Under the pieces are notes generated by a model. It did not search any database and was not told where the DNA came from. It saw only the letters and a list, made by a program, of their open reading frames with translations. From Melittangium boletus DSM 14713 (GTDB lineage Bacteria > Myxococcota > Myxococcia > Myxococcales > Myxococcaceae): 64,000 bases of DNA. Of the stretch, positions 1-10,884 are shown in pieces. The stretch spans positions 7,003,765 to 7,067,764 of the forward strand of contig NZ_CP022163.1 in assembly GCF_002305855.1 (NCBI RefSeq). Reading direction: 5' to 3'. Position numbers and translations under genes: made by a program. The first letter of the stretch is position 1. Each line of letters opens with the position of its first letter.

Positions 1-3000
1 GGTCGTACACCGAGCAGTCGAAGGCGGCCGCGGCCGGGGTGAGGAAGTCCGCGGCCAGGCTGATCGAGAGCCACTGCCGGGTGTCCTCGGTGTCCCGTGA
101 GGGGTCTAGCGCGCGGTCGCCGACTGGCGGGTCCGCGACCGGGGCGAGCCAGCGGGGCAGGTCCGCCAGCACGTCGGGGTGATGGGCGTGCTGAAGCAGG
201 GCCCGCGCCCACTGCGGGAACGGCGTGCCGGTGGCGGGCAGCACCGGGGCGCGGCCGTCGCGGACCGCCGCCCAGGCCGTGTGCAGGTCGTCGAGCAGGA
301 TGCGCCAGGACACGCCGTCCACGCACAGGTGGTGCGCGGTCAGCTTGAGCCGATCCTCGCACCAGGTGGCGTGCAGGACGCGGCCGAGGGCCAGGTTGAT
401 GGGCCGGTCCAGCTCAACGGTGACGTGCTCCAGCACCCGCAGCGCCCACACACCCTTCACTTCGGACAGTGCGAGGCGCAGCATGCCGTGGTGGTCGACC
501 AGCGCCTGGACCACGGCGCGCACCTGCTCGGCCGTGCACCCGGCCGGGGTGCGCACGGTCATCGACTGGACGAACCGGTTGTCCGGCGCGCCCCGGCCGC
601 GCAGCCAGTGCATGACCGGGGTGAGCGGCACGGTCGGGTCGTCGGGGTCGCCGAGAGCCAGGCTCCGGCCGCGCGCGGCGGGCAGCGCGAGGCCCTTGGC
701 CAGGGCGGTGACGGTCGGGGCGCGGAAGACGTCGGAGGTGCTGACGGCCAGCCCGGCGCGCTGCGCGGCGGCGGCGAGCTGAATGGCCCGGATGCTGTCG
801 CCACCGAGCTTGAAGAAGTCCCCGTCCACGGGCACCTCGGCCCGGCCGAGCACCTGCGCGAACAGCTTCGCGAGGGTCCGCTCGGCGGCCGAGCCGGTGG
901 CGCGCACCGGCTCGGGCGCGGGGGCAGCGGGGTCGGGCAGGGCGGCGCGGTCGAGTTTCCCGTTGCGGGTCAACGGCAGCGCGGCCAACCCGACCACGGC
1001 CGAGGGCACCAGGAACGGCGGCAGCCGCTCACCGAGCCGCTCCAGCAGCCCGTCCGGGACCTCGCCGACGACGTAGGAGACCAGGCGGCCCTCGCGCAGC
1101 ACGGTCGCGGCCTGCCGCACCCCCGGCTGGGCCAGCAGCGCGGCGTCCACCTCACCCAGCTCCACCCGAAAGCCGCGCAGCTTGACCTGGCCGTCGGCGC
1201 GCCCGGCGAACTCCAGCTGCCCGTCGGCGTTCCAGCGGGCCAGGTCGCCGGTGCGGTAGACGCGGGCACCGGGCGGACCGGACGGGTCGGGCAGGAAGCG
1301 CTCGGCGGTGGCCGCCGGCCGGTTCAGGTAGCCCAGGGCCACGCCCGCGCCACCGATGTACACCTCGCCGATGGTGCCGAGCGGCACGGGGCGCAGGGCC
1401 GCGTCGAGCAGGAGCACCCGCATGCCGTCCAGGGGACGGCCGATGGGGACCACGTCGGTGACCGGGCCCGCGGGGTAGCGGGTGGCGAAGACGGTGGTCT
1501 CGGTCGGGCCGTAGCCGTTGACGACGGTGAGCCCGGGCAGTGCTTCCCGCACGGCGCGCACGGCGGCGGGGGAGACTACGTCACCGCCGGTCCACACCTG
1601 GCGCAGCCCGGTAAGGCAGCGCGGGTCCTGGGTGGCGATCGCGTTGAACAGCCCGGCGGTGAGCCACATGCCGGTGACCCCGGCGGTGGCGATGGTGCGG
1701 GCCAGCTCGCCGGGGTCGAGCCTGCCGGGCGGGGCGAGCACGATCTCGCCGCCGGTGAGCAGCGGGACCCACAGCTCCAGGTTGATCGCGTCGAAGGCCT
1801 GCGGAGAGTGCAGCAGCACCCGCTCGGCGCCGCCCTCGGTCCACCAGCGGTCGGCGGCGAGGTCGACCAGGTTGGCGTGCGTGACACCGACGCCCTTGGG
1901 CGTGCCGGTGGAGCCCGAGGTGAACATGACGCAGGCCAGGTCGTCCCCGCCGACCTCCGGGCACGCGGCGCCCGGGCCGGTGCCGTTGACGGTCAGCACG
2001 CGCAGACCGGGGGCCGTCGCGTCCGCCTGGTCGGTGAGCAGCAGCCGGGCCCCGGAGTCGGCGAGCACGACCGCACGCCGGGGCGGCGGGTCCTCGGCGT
2101 TCAGGGGCACGTAGGCCGCGCCGGACTTGAGCACGGCGAGCACGGCGACCACCAGGTCCACCGAGCGCTGCAGCAGCATCGCGACGTTGTTGCCGGGCCC
2201 GGCACCCGCCCCGGCGAGCCGGGCGGCCAGGGCGGTGGCCCGCGCGTCCAGCTCGCGGTAGGTCAGCCTCCGCCCGGTCGCCGGGCAGTGCACCGCACCG
2301 GCCTCCGGTTGTTGGCGGACCCGCGCGGCGAAGGCCGAGGTCACCGTGCTGGCTCGCGCCGCCTGTGCGGCCCCGGCTCCCAGGTCGGTCAGGTGCGCGC
2401 GCTCGGCGGCCGTGGTGGGTTGGACGTCGACCAGGGGCGTGTCCGGGGTGGCCTCGACCAACTGCCACAGCACGTGCTCGAACCGCTCGCCCAGCTCCCG
2501 CAGCCGCTTGGGGGAGCACGTGGTGGGGTTGGCGTCGAAGTCCAGGCGCAGCCTGCCGTCACCCCGGTCGTAGGCCACCACGGACAGGTCCTCCGACGGC
2601 GGGGCCTGGAGGTTGTGCACGGTCACCGTCGCCGAGCCGAAGCGCAGCACGTGGTCGAACCGCTGGATGTTGAGCACCGGTCCGAAGAACTTCCGCCCGT
2701 CCTCTGGCAGCCCCAGCTCGCGCCGCAGGCGTTCGCCCCGGTAGCGCTGCCGCGACCGGATGGCGCTCAGCTGCGCGGACACCTCCTGGAGCAGGCCGCC
2801 CACGGTGCCCACCAGGTTGACGCGGATGCGCAGGGGCACCACGTTGGCCGTCATGGCGGGCACGGCCACCTCCGCCGCGCGGCCGGAGACGGGCAGGCTG
2901 AGCAGCAGGTCCGGCTGCCCGGTGACGGCATGCACGTGCACGGCGGTGGCCGCGGTGACCACGCGGGACCACCGCGTCCCCAACCGCTCGGCGCCCTGCC

Positions 3001-3704
3001 GCAGCCGGGCGAACTCCCCTTCCTCCAGCACTCGGGTCCACCGCACCGAGGCCTCGGCGGCGGGCGCGGCGCGCGACCCGACCACCACCGGCTCGGGCCG
3101 GTCGGCCAGCCGTGCGAGCCACCACTCGCGGTCCTCGGCCAGTGCGGCCGAGTCGCGGTACGCCTGCTCGGCCGAGGTCACCTCGGCCAGGGCGGCCCAC
3201 CCGGTTCCGGGCACGACGCGCCCTTCCCGGAGGCACTCGTAGATCTCGGCCACGCGCCGCACGAGCAGCGCCATGCCCGCGCCGTCGAGGGCGATGTGGT
3301 GCACCCGCAGGAACACCCACTGCCGCTCCTCGGCCAGCCGCAGCACGGCACCGAGGAACAGCTCCTCGCCCGCCGCCGCGAGGCGCTCCGCCATCCACGC
3401 CCGCGCCGAGGCGATGGGATCGGGGGCCTCCCGGAAGTCCACGGTGGTGACCCGGGGTTCGGCGGAGTCCAGGACCCGTTGCCGGGGAAGGGAATCGGCC
3501 GTCTCCTCGAAGACCACCCGGACCGCCTCGCACTCCGCGGCGGCCCGCGTGAGCGCTGCGGTCAGCAGGTCGGTCCGGACGGTCCCGCACAGGTCCAGAT
3601 ACTCAGCCCACTGGTAGGAGCCGGGACGGCTGTACCCGGCGCGCTCGGCGAGCCACACACCGGTCTGGGCATCGGACAGTTCGAGTCTAGCGCTCTGGTC
3701 GACC
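1..3704 (-). CDS. Non-ribosomal peptide synthetase, 5' part (starter condensation domain then adenylation domain; continues beyond window start)
   Basis: Minus-strand frame is open from ~3704 to position 1. The translation starts with a C-domain ('ELSDAQTGVWLAE...VHHIALDGAGM' = HHxxxDG motif). It is followed by an A-domain ('LTYRELDARATALAARL', 'FTSGSTGTPKGVGVTHANLV', 'LTGGEIVLAPPG'). Candidate GTG start with GGTGAGGA upstream at ~3704. The ORF track omits it because it runs off the window edge. Confidence 0.8.
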
Positions 3705-3807
3705 ACGTGGGAGGTGTCCTCACCAGCTTGTGTGGGTCAGCGGGGCGCTCTTCTAGCACGGAATGTTTTGGCAAAAAGCAAAGTTCGAGTTTTCCCGTTT
3801 TAGCGCA

Positions 3808-4160
3808 CTATTGGAGGAGGGCGTCGGGCCAGCCCGCTGGACAAGCGGGGTCTCCGTGAGAAGGAGAGCAAGCCATTGGATGAGGCCACCTGCCTTGGGG
3901 ACCCTGCCTCTGCTCCTGGACAGCTCCCACCACCGGGCTGTTGATATACCCCCGGTCGATGTACAGCTCGTCCATTCCAATGCCTTGTCGCCTTATGTCT
4001 TTCTGGAGCTCCGGAGTGGCCTCCGCCTCGGGCCGGTTGGCTGGAGTGACGGTGCAGGCGACTAACGGGCCCATCTCCACCTCCGCGGCGATGTGCTGCT
4101 TGAACCCATTGAAGCGCTTGCTCTGGCTCTTGCGGCCGTGACGCATTTCGCTGTCTTCCA
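3808..4160 (-). pseudogene. Transposase remnant (IS1182/IS5-superfamily-like internal fragment)
   Basis: Minus-frame peptide 'MRHGRKSQSKRFNGFKQHIAAEVEMGPLVACTVTPANRPEAEATPELQKDIRRQGIGMDELYIDRGYINSPVV' resembles the conserved core of IS1182-type transposases ('MRHGRKSSSKRFDGYK...TPANxxD'). No intact N- or C-terminus. Local GC is lower. Sits exactly at the junction between the NRPS and the YD-repeat genes. Confidence 0.5.
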
Positions 4161-4342
4161 CCGACACTCGCTTGTCAGGTGCTACCGCCTGGTGGAACTG
4201 TCCGGGGTCCTTGGAGAGGGCGATCCCGAGAGCGGAAGTTGCGCGAGCCTTCGAGAAGAGCCGGCAGCGAGGCTCTCGATCTTCCGGAGCAGAGCGCGAT
4301 CCACCTCCCCACCTGGGTGAGGGTTCCAGTCGTTCAGGGCTG

Positions 4343-5662
4343 CTAGTCACACTCGTACTTGAAGTCGCGGCGCACCGGACCGTCGTCCAGGCCCGGCGTG
4401 CCCGAGTACTCCTCGTGCACGAGCCGTCCCTTGTCATCGCGCTCGTGGGTGCGCCGGGCATCCACGACGCCGTCCTGGTCGCTGTCCCACTCGTCGAGCC
4501 AGACGATCTTCGTGCCACACAGGTATGTGAGCCGGCGGGTGGTGGTCAGGTACGTGGTCACCAAAGGGTATTCGATGCCGGGGCCCGAGAGCTGGGTGTA
4601 GACCTTGCCAAGCCGCTCGAGCAGCAGCAGGCCCGAGGCGTCGTAATAGAGGGTCCGCACGAACTCGTGGCTGCGGTAATAGCCGCCGTATTTTTCCCAG
4701 CTTCGGAACACCCGGCGGGCCGCGTCGTGGGAGGTGACGGTGTGTCGGACATGCTCGAAGCCCTCCTCCTGTTCGTCCACGAGGTTGCCCCGGTCGTCGT
4801 ACAGGTTCGTGAAGCTCATGTGGTGGTCGTCGGTCCACGCGTTCTGTTTCACGTGGCCATTGGGCCAGTAGGTAAACGTCTCGCAGCGGGCGACTCTCAG
4901 GTCGCAGTCCGGCCGACTGTCGATCTCCACCAACTGACCCACCGCGTTGTAGTGGTAGACGATCGGGCCGTCCTGTCCGTTCGAGGTCTGGCGCTCGATG
5001 CGTTCGAGACGGCCCTTCGCGTCGCGGATGTACTGGTAGGAGCGGGGAAGGGTGGGCGCGTCGAACGTCTCGGTCCGCCGCGCGAGCCGGCCCGCGTCGT
5101 CATACGCCCACTCGATTTGGTCCCAGGAGCCCTCGGGGAACTCGAGGCGGCGGAGCGTTTCGTGGCCGTTCTTCCAGGTGTGGAACTCGGTCTCTTGCAG
5201 CGTGCCATCCGGCCCGTAGCGGCGCCGCTCCAGCAGGCGGCTGTCGGCGTCGTAGCGGGCCACCTCGCGGTCGCCGTTGGCGAAGACCGAGGTGCCCTCG
5301 CACGCCGTGGCGCGCACGGGCGCCACCTTCCCCTTCCAGGGCACACAGGCCACGGGCTTGAGGGTGGGGGAACCCTCGAGGCCCGCGCTCACGGGGGGAA
5401 CCTCGCCCGGCGACGGCGGGGGCTGCACCACGGGCACCGTGGGCTCCTGGGTGGGCGTCTCGGGCTGCGTCGAGGGCTCACCCGGAGGAGGCGCCTCACC
5501 CGTGGGGGGCGTGGACGCGGGCGGCTGGGCGGGCACGGGCGTGTCCGGGAGGGGCGCCGGGGCTTCGGGTGTGGGCCCTGGCGCGGGCTCCTCGCGCGTC
5601 GCACCACACCCCACGAGCATCGCGCACACGCTCCATCCCATCAGCCTCCAGTGCTTGCGCAT
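4343..5662 (-). CDS. YD-repeat (RHS-repeat-like) lipoprotein, paralog A
   Basis: Start ATG at ~5662 with GGAGGGGAG RBS. Lipoprotein signal 'MRKHWRLMGWSVCAMLVGCGA', then a Pro-rich linker. Multiple 'YDxxGRL'-type YD repeats ('ARYDADSRLLERRRYGPDGTL', 'YDDAGRLARR', 'YDDRGNLVDE'). The C-terminal ~60 aa are nearly identical to the divergently encoded paralog. Confidence 0.7.
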   Translation of the reverse strand: MRKHWRLMGWSVCAMLVGCGATREEPAPGPTPEAPAPLPDTPVPAQPPASTPPTGEAPPPGEPSTQPETPTQEPTVPVVQPPPSPGEVPPVSAGLEGSPTLKPVACVPWKGKVAPVRATACEGTSVFANGDREVARYDADSRLLERRRYGPDGTLQETEFHTWKNGHETLRRLEFPEGSWDQIEWAYDDAGRLARRTETFDAPTLPRSYQYIRDAKGRLERIERQTSNGQDGPIVYHYNAVGQLVEIDSRPDCDLRVARCETFTYWPNGHVKQNAWTDDHHMSFTNLYDDRGNLVDEQEEGFEHVRHTVTSHDAARRVFRSWEKYGGYYRSHEFVRTLYYDASGLLLLERLGKVYTQLSGPGIEYPLVTTYLTTTRRLTYLCGTKIVWLDEWDSDQDGVVDARRTHERDDKGRLVHEEYSGTPGLDDGPVRRDFKYECD

Positions 5663-5891
5663 TCCCATCTCCCCTCCGGTTGGTTGGCCGGCAAGGTGTG
5701 CACGTGGAGTGTGGGCGCCCATAGCCCCCGGTCGCTCGCTTGGGTACATGCCGAACGCTTGGCGACGGAAACGACATGAGGCGCGGACTCCACTCTACAC
5801 GCCTCCCATTCGCCCGATGCGTTGACTCCGGGTGAAGTCTTGTAGGGCGATGGGTCCATGAACACCTTCCCGCGACAACAGGGGAGGGAGC

Positions 5892-7157
5892 ATGGGACGG
5901 GGGCGGAGCGCATGGATGCTGGCCATGTGTCTGGTGGTGAGCGCATGTGGAAGCACGTCACCATCTCCCGCCGAGCCCACCGAGTCGGGGGAGCGGACGG
6001 GGCTGGGTCCGGGCGACGACCCGGCTGGCGGTGGCACGGTGTCCGGACTGGAGGGTGAGCCGTCCCTGCCGCCGCGTGCGTGCATCCCCTGGACGCGCCC
6101 GACGCCCCCGGTGCGAGCCACGGCGTGCGCGTCCTTCTCCGTGTTCGCGGATGGCTCCTCCGTGCGCGCCCGGTATGACGCCGACAGCCGTCCCCTCGAG
6201 GTGCGCGAGTTCTCGAGCGACGGCACGCTCCACACGGTGGAGACGCGTGTCTGGAGCGAGGGACTCGAGCGGCTGTACCGCCGGGAGGAGCTCGCGTTCG
6301 GCTTGTCCACCCAATCGGAGTGGACTTATGACGGCCGGCGGCTGCTGCGGCGCGTGGACTCGTTCTCGCACGACCCCCCGAAGACGTATGACTACGTCTA
6401 CGACGCCCAGGGCCGTATCACGCGCGTCGTGCGCCAGTGGTCCGGGGAGTCGGTCACGAGTCTCTACACCTACGACGTGCAAGGGCGCCTGGTGCGCATC
6501 GCCGACGAGCAGAGCGATTGGCTGTGCGGCTCGGGGGACAGCCGATGCGCGAGCCTGTCCTATTGGCCCAATGGTGTGCTCAAGCGCCACGAGTGGGAGA
6601 CCGGGAAGATGAACTTCGAGGAGGAGTTCGATGCGGCGGGCCGGCTCGTCGGGTCGCTCGCGCAAGACCCGGACCACCTGAGGCGCCGCCAGCTGGGCTA
6701 CGACGAGGCGGGGCGTTTGCGCCGGGAGTGGCGCTTGCACTCCTGGTACGTCTGGGACGCCACCTCCGTCACGCGCACCGTCTACGATCCCGCGGGGCGG
6801 CGCGAGCGGTTCGCGGAGGAACTGGCGGACTATGGCGAATGTGGGGCCCGTTTGCCGGATTGCGAGCCGGAGCGGAGCTCCGTGCACGTCACCCGCCGGA
6901 CCACCTTTTTCTGTGGCACGGAGATTGTCGCGCTCGACGAGTGGGACGGCGACGAGGACGGCGTGGTGGATGCCACGCGTACGCACGAGCGCGATGACGC
7001 GGGCCGGCTGGTGCACGAGGTGTACTCGGGCACGCCGGGACTGGATGACGGGCCCGTGCTGCGCGACTTCACCTATGAGTGCGCCCCGTCCGGCGTCGCT
7101 CAGACGCAGGGCGATGCCGGTGGTGAAGCCCGCGCCCGCGCTGCACAGGTGAGGTGA
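5892..7157 (+). CDS. YD-repeat (RHS-repeat-like) lipoprotein, paralog B
   Basis: ATG with GGGGAGGGAG RBS. Lipoprotein signal 'MLAMCLVVSACGS'. YD repeats ('ARYDADSRPLEVREFSSDGTL', 'YDAQGRITRV', 'YDVQGRLVRI', 'YDEAGRLRRE'). C-terminus 'WDGDEDGVVDATRTHERDDAGRLVHEVYSGTPGLDDGPVLRDFTYEC' matches paralog A. Confidence 0.7.
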   Translation: MGRGRSAWMLAMCLVVSACGSTSPSPAEPTESGERTGLGPGDDPAGGGTVSGLEGEPSLPPRACIPWTRPTPPVRATACASFSVFADGSSVRARYDADSRPLEVREFSSDGTLHTVETRVWSEGLERLYRREELAFGLSTQSEWTYDGRRLLRRVDSFSHDPPKTYDYVYDAQGRITRVVRQWSGESVTSLYTYDVQGRLVRIADEQSDWLCGSGDSRCASLSYWPNGVLKRHEWETGKMNFEEEFDAAGRLVGSLAQDPDHLRRRQLGYDEAGRLRREWRLHSWYVWDATSVTRTVYDPAGRRERFAEELADYGECGARLPDCEPERSSVHVTRRTTFFCGTEIVALDEWDGDEDGVVDATRTHERDDAGRLVHEVYSGTPGLDDGPVLRDFTYECAPSGVAQTQGDAGGEARARAAQVR

Positions 7158-7368
7158 TCCAAACCTCCCGTCTCCACACTTCACAACGCGCCGGGCGATT
7201 CTAAGGCACTCGGCGTTGCCGTGAGCGCGCACACATGCACGCCGTGGGATGGCGTACGGCCTCCACGCAACCTCCAGGGCACAGTTCTCCGCTAACGAGG
7301 AGGCGCGGATCGGCTTAGAGGACCAATCGGCGGGAACCAGGTTCACGAGGATGGAATGACCGAAGGCC

Positions 7369-8043
7369 TCATGCAGCTGGCCTGACCAGCCCGAGCTTCA
7401 AAAGGCTGTCCGAAGTGGCGACGACGGCGTCCTCGAAGGGCCGAGGCGACCAGCCCAGAAGCTTCTCTGCCTTTGCGCTGCTCGTCTCGCGCACCGACCC
7501 CAGGTGCGGCAGGACCACCTTCGCGGCCGGGTTGTGCAGTGCCGCAAGCCTCACGCGCCAATTGGGGAGCTCGCGCGTAGAGACGTGCGCGCCCAGCTTC
7601 CGCTTCAGTACCCGCGCCACGTCCGCGATGGAGTGGGTGCCCGGTGCCGCGGCGATGAAGCGCTCGCCCTTCGCCGCCGGGTGAGTCATCGCGCGTAGGT
7701 GCAGCTTCGCCACGTCGCGGACATCGACGTACGGCGAATAGACCTTCGGGCAGCCCGACATCGCGCCGCTCAGGAGCTGCTTGATGATTCCGATCGAGTG
7801 CGACGTGTCAGGCCCAAGCACCGGTCCCAGCACGCCAACGGGATTCACCGCGCTCAGTTCCAGTGCTCTGCCTTCACGCGCGAGGAAATCCCAGGCGGCG
7901 CGCTCCGACAGGGTCTTGGATCGCTGATAGAGCGGAACCCACGCCTCCTCACTGCTCCAGTCCGTCTCCAGATAAGGCCCACGTTTGGCGGTTGGAGTGG
8001 CGAGGCGGAGAAGCGTTACACCTGATTCTACAAAAGCGTGACG
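7369..8043 (-). pseudogene. NAD-dependent epimerase/dehydratase (SDR) family gene, N-terminally disrupted
   Basis: The C-terminal 159-aa ORF is clean. Extending upstream in frame gives '...PLYQRSKTLSERAAWDF...' (the catalytic YxxxK of SDRs). That frame hits a TAA at ~8045 with no Met and no Rossmann 'TGxxGxxG' segment. Rossmann-like remnants appear only in other frames at 8050-8400. Confidence 0.45.
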
Positions 8044-8419
8044 ATGCTCTGCCGCGGTCGGGCTCGCCCGCGATTAAGAGGACCCGGAGGTTTCCGTCCT
8101 CCACATTCAGCACCGCGGCGGCGTCCTGGGGCGCGAGACCTTCGACATCGCAGAGCACCACCGCCGCCCGCCACGCGTCGGGGAGCTTCCGGAACTCGCC
8201 CTCCAGGTGTCGCAGCAGCTCGCGGTTTCCTGCGACTTGCTCTGGGTCCTCCAGCGCCGCGGGCCAGGGTCAGCTTCCGCCAGGTGGGCGTGGGGTTGGT
8301 GCCGCAGTCGGTGGCCACCGCGGAGTCGATGGGGAAGGCCGTGGCGGACGCACGCGCGACAGCGCGCAACGCGGGTCGGGGGACGTCAGGGTCCGCGAGC
8401 GCACCCACCCCGGCTGGGC

Positions 8420-9106
8420 GGGGGCGCGCAGCATGAAGACGGCATCATTGAAGTCCCGGTCTTCGCCCCCACTCAAGTCCTCGAAGCCGAGGAACCACCG
8501 GTCCGGCGTGGTGCTCGGGGCGCTCAACAGGGCGTGTGGCATGGTGCCCGTGCCCGACACGGGCAGGAAGGCGGCTTCCTGTCCGAGCGGAGCGGTGCCG
8601 GTGGGGGGCGCCAGGTTGTAGAGGTCCTCGTGCAGGTCCGCGATGCCATTGCCATTGGCGTCTCGCAGCGTGTCGTCCGATGAGTCCGCCGGTGTGCCCT
8701 GGGTGTCGATGTAGCCGCGGGCGACGAGATCGTCGTAATACAGCCAGCCGAGTGTGTTGCTCCCGGTCGTGGTTCCTCCGACGAGCGAGATGCTCAGCGG
8801 CTGGTCGTGGGTGAAGACGATGCGTTCCACGGACAGAGGGGGCGCCGGTGGGGTGGTCTGGATTTTCGAGTTCGGCGTGAGCGTCACGTTCTGGAGCGTC
8901 TCGAAGTCCGCGGGGAGGAAGGACGTCTGGTGATTGAGGCTCAGGTTCTGCGTCACGCTGAAGCCGAACCCCATCGTGGCGGACAGCCCAAGGTCATTGG
9001 TGGCGGTCACCGAGACAGGGGCGCTCCCCTCCGCCAGACAGATGGGCGCGGTCCACAGCAGGCCGCTGTCGTTCGTTCCTGATACCAGCATCCGCGATCC
9101 AGTCAC
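8420..9106 (-). CDS. DUF4114-domain protein (possibly truncated; no signal peptide found)
   Basis: Minus ORF containing 'WFLGFEDLSGGEDRDFNDAVFMLRA', the characteristic DUF4114 C-terminal motif. The open frame downstream of the motif (to 8270) is low-complexity read-through. N-terminus uncertain (GTG at 9106 or ATG at 9091). No secretion signal, although this family is usually secreted. Confidence 0.4.
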
Positions 9107-9250
9107 CCAGCCGCCCTCGTCCCGCGGGGGACGGAGGACACCCTGGTGCTCCCGGCGACCGACCCCTCAACAGAGCGCCTGTTCCGTCCCATGCGTTTCG
9201 CGAACTTGAGGGCAGGATGGACGTGATGTATATACATCATCGGTGCCTGC

Positions 9251-10135
9251 ATGAATGTCGACTCCATCCTCTTCTTGGTCCTGGGCGTGATCTGGGGAAC
9301 GAACTTCCTCTTCATGAAGGAGGCCGTTCAGGTCATCTCGCCGCTGCAGGTGGCCTGGCTGCGCGCCTCGTTCGGGGCAGTCCCCATCCTGCTCTTCGCG
9401 TTCTCGCGCAGGAGCCTGGCGAAGGCCGACCTCCGCAACGCGCACCACTTCGCGGCAATGTCGATTCTCTCCATCGTTGTCCCGTACGTGAGCTTCGTGA
9501 AGGGCACGCAGTATCTGCAGTCGGGAGCGGCCGGCGCGATCAGCGGCATCATCCCCTTGATGACAGCGGTGGCCGCCGCGCTCTTTCTTCCGAAGGATCG
9601 ATTGAGCGCGAGAAAAGGACTCGGATTGCTTCTCGGGCTCGTCGGCGTTGCCTGGGTCGCCGACGTGACCCGGCTCTTCGAGGCCTCATCGAGCAATGCC
9701 CTGCACGGCACCCTCTGCATGCTCTTGGGTTCGGCGGGATACGCGTCAGGGATGGTCTACGCCTACAAGTTCATCACGCCCTTGAAGCTCAGCCCCATCG
9801 CGCTTGCCGGGTATCAAACCGCCGGTGCGGCCTTGTTGCTCGCGTTCATCACCCCCATGAAGGGCGTCGAGGCGGTGGCGAGCGTGCCTGCATCCCTCGC
9901 CGCGCTCGCATTGGGGCTCGGACTGCTCGGCACGGGGATCGCGTTCATCCTCTACTACCGCATCATCGAGCGCCTGGGCGCGATCACCGCGTCGTCGGTC
10001 TTCTATATCCCGCCAGTGGTCGCCCTCGCCGTCGGCGCGCTTGTTGGCAAGGAGGGGCTTTCTCTCTCCCAGTGTCTGGGAACCGCGGTCATCTTGCTCG
10101 GCGTCTTTCTTGCCCGAAATGGAGCTCCGGCTTGA
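9251..10135 (+). CDS. EamA/DMT-family transporter
   Basis: 294 aa with ~10 hydrophobic helices and two EamA-like halves ('LFLVLGVIWGTNFLFMK', 'LLLGLVGVAWV'). Confidence 0.85.
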   Translation: MNVDSILFLVLGVIWGTNFLFMKEAVQVISPLQVAWLRASFGAVPILLFAFSRRSLAKADLRNAHHFAAMSILSIVVPYVSFVKGTQYLQSGAAGAISGIIPLMTAVAAALFLPKDRLSARKGLGLLLGLVGVAWVADVTRLFEASSSNALHGTLCMLLGSAGYASGMVYAYKFITPLKLSPIALAGYQTAGAALLLAFITPMKGVEAVASVPASLAALALGLGLLGTGIAFILYYRIIERLGAITASSVFYIPPVVALAVGALVGKEGLSLSQCLGTAVILLGVFLARNGAPA

Positions 10136-10608
10136 AACCAAAGAAGAAGAGTCCCGAGGCTTCGCAGCCAGATTTGAAGCCCATTCAGTGCGTGTGCACG
10201 AACTTGAAGATGGCTTCACGCGTTGTGGGCCGTGCGTATGACCTGGCGCTCGAGGAGAGCGGCGTGAACGTCATCCAGTACTCGATCTTGATCAACGTCT
10301 CGCGCTACCAGCCCATCTCCCAGATGCGGCTCGCCGAACATCTCGAGATGGAACGGACGACTTTGTACCGTGCGCTCGACATCCTCGAAAAGAAGGGCCT
10401 CGTGGCCTCTGAATCGAACGGCGAAGGCGTCGCGAAGGTGGTGCGGCTGACCGCTCGCGGGACAGACGTCACGTCCGCTGCTGCGCGAAAATGGAACTTG
10501 ATGCACGAGGGGTTCCTGTCGAAGTTCGGCCCCCGGAGGCTCAAGGAGCTCAATGCGCTCCTCGGCGAAGTTCGAGACCACTTCAAGCACGTCAACCCCT
10601 CCACCTGA
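10132..10608 (+). CDS. MarR-family transcriptional regulator
   Basis: Winged-helix MarR pattern 'VNVIQYSILINVSRYQPISQMRLAEHLEMERTTLYRALDILEKKGLV...VRLTARG'. TTG start overlaps the EamA stop. Alternative ATG at 10213. Confidence 0.75.
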   Translation: MKPKKKSPEASQPDLKPIQCVCTNLKMASRVVGRAYDLALEESGVNVIQYSILINVSRYQPISQMRLAEHLEMERTTLYRALDILEKKGLVASESNGEGVAKVVRLTARGTDVTSAAARKWNLMHEGFLSKFGPRRLKELNALLGEVRDHFKHVNPST

Positions 10609-10612
10609 AGGT

Positions 10613-10884
10613 GATGTCCGCGTGAGGCGCGAGGATGGTGCCCCAGAAGCCGTAGCTGGTGGCCTCGATCTTCGTGGTGTCGACGAAGTTGAAGAGGACG
10701 CTCTTCTGATTGATGCCACCGCTGAATGACTGGCCGAGGTGGCGAACCGGGCGTACGCGCCCCGGATGTTGATGACGACGCGGGAGTTGACCGGCGCGTT
10801 GATGGAGAAGTCGTTCTTCCGGCCGAAGACGCTGGTGTCCACGTCCTCGGCCACCTGGGAGACGCTCTTGCCTCCCTCGCACAC
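10613..10884 (-). pseudogene. Choice-of-anchor-A domain fragment (frameshifted)
   Basis: Two adjacent minus frames give '...NDFSINAPVNSRVVINIRGAYARF' and 'SGGINQKSVLFNFVDTTKIEATSYGFWGTILAPHADITF'. Together these match the choice-of-anchor-A pattern (VVINV-G...LFNFP...GSILAP-A). No start and no signal peptide. Confidence 0.4.

Noticed and set aside
179-3859. 1226-aa plus-strand ORF
   Set aside because: Gly/Arg/Ala-rich nonsense translation, antisense to the NRPS frame. The C and A domain motifs are found only on the minus strand.
4172-5779. 535-aa plus-strand ORF (and 5958..7346 minus ORF)
   Set aside because: Antisense to the YD-repeat lipoprotein genes. Low-complexity Arg/Gly composition, no motifs.
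8028-8408. 126-aa minus ORF 'MGALADPDVPRPALRAVARASATAFPIDSAV...'
   Set aside because: Not an independent gene. Weak Rossmann-like similarity suggests it is a frameshifted piece of the decayed SDR gene, and the rest is low-complexity.
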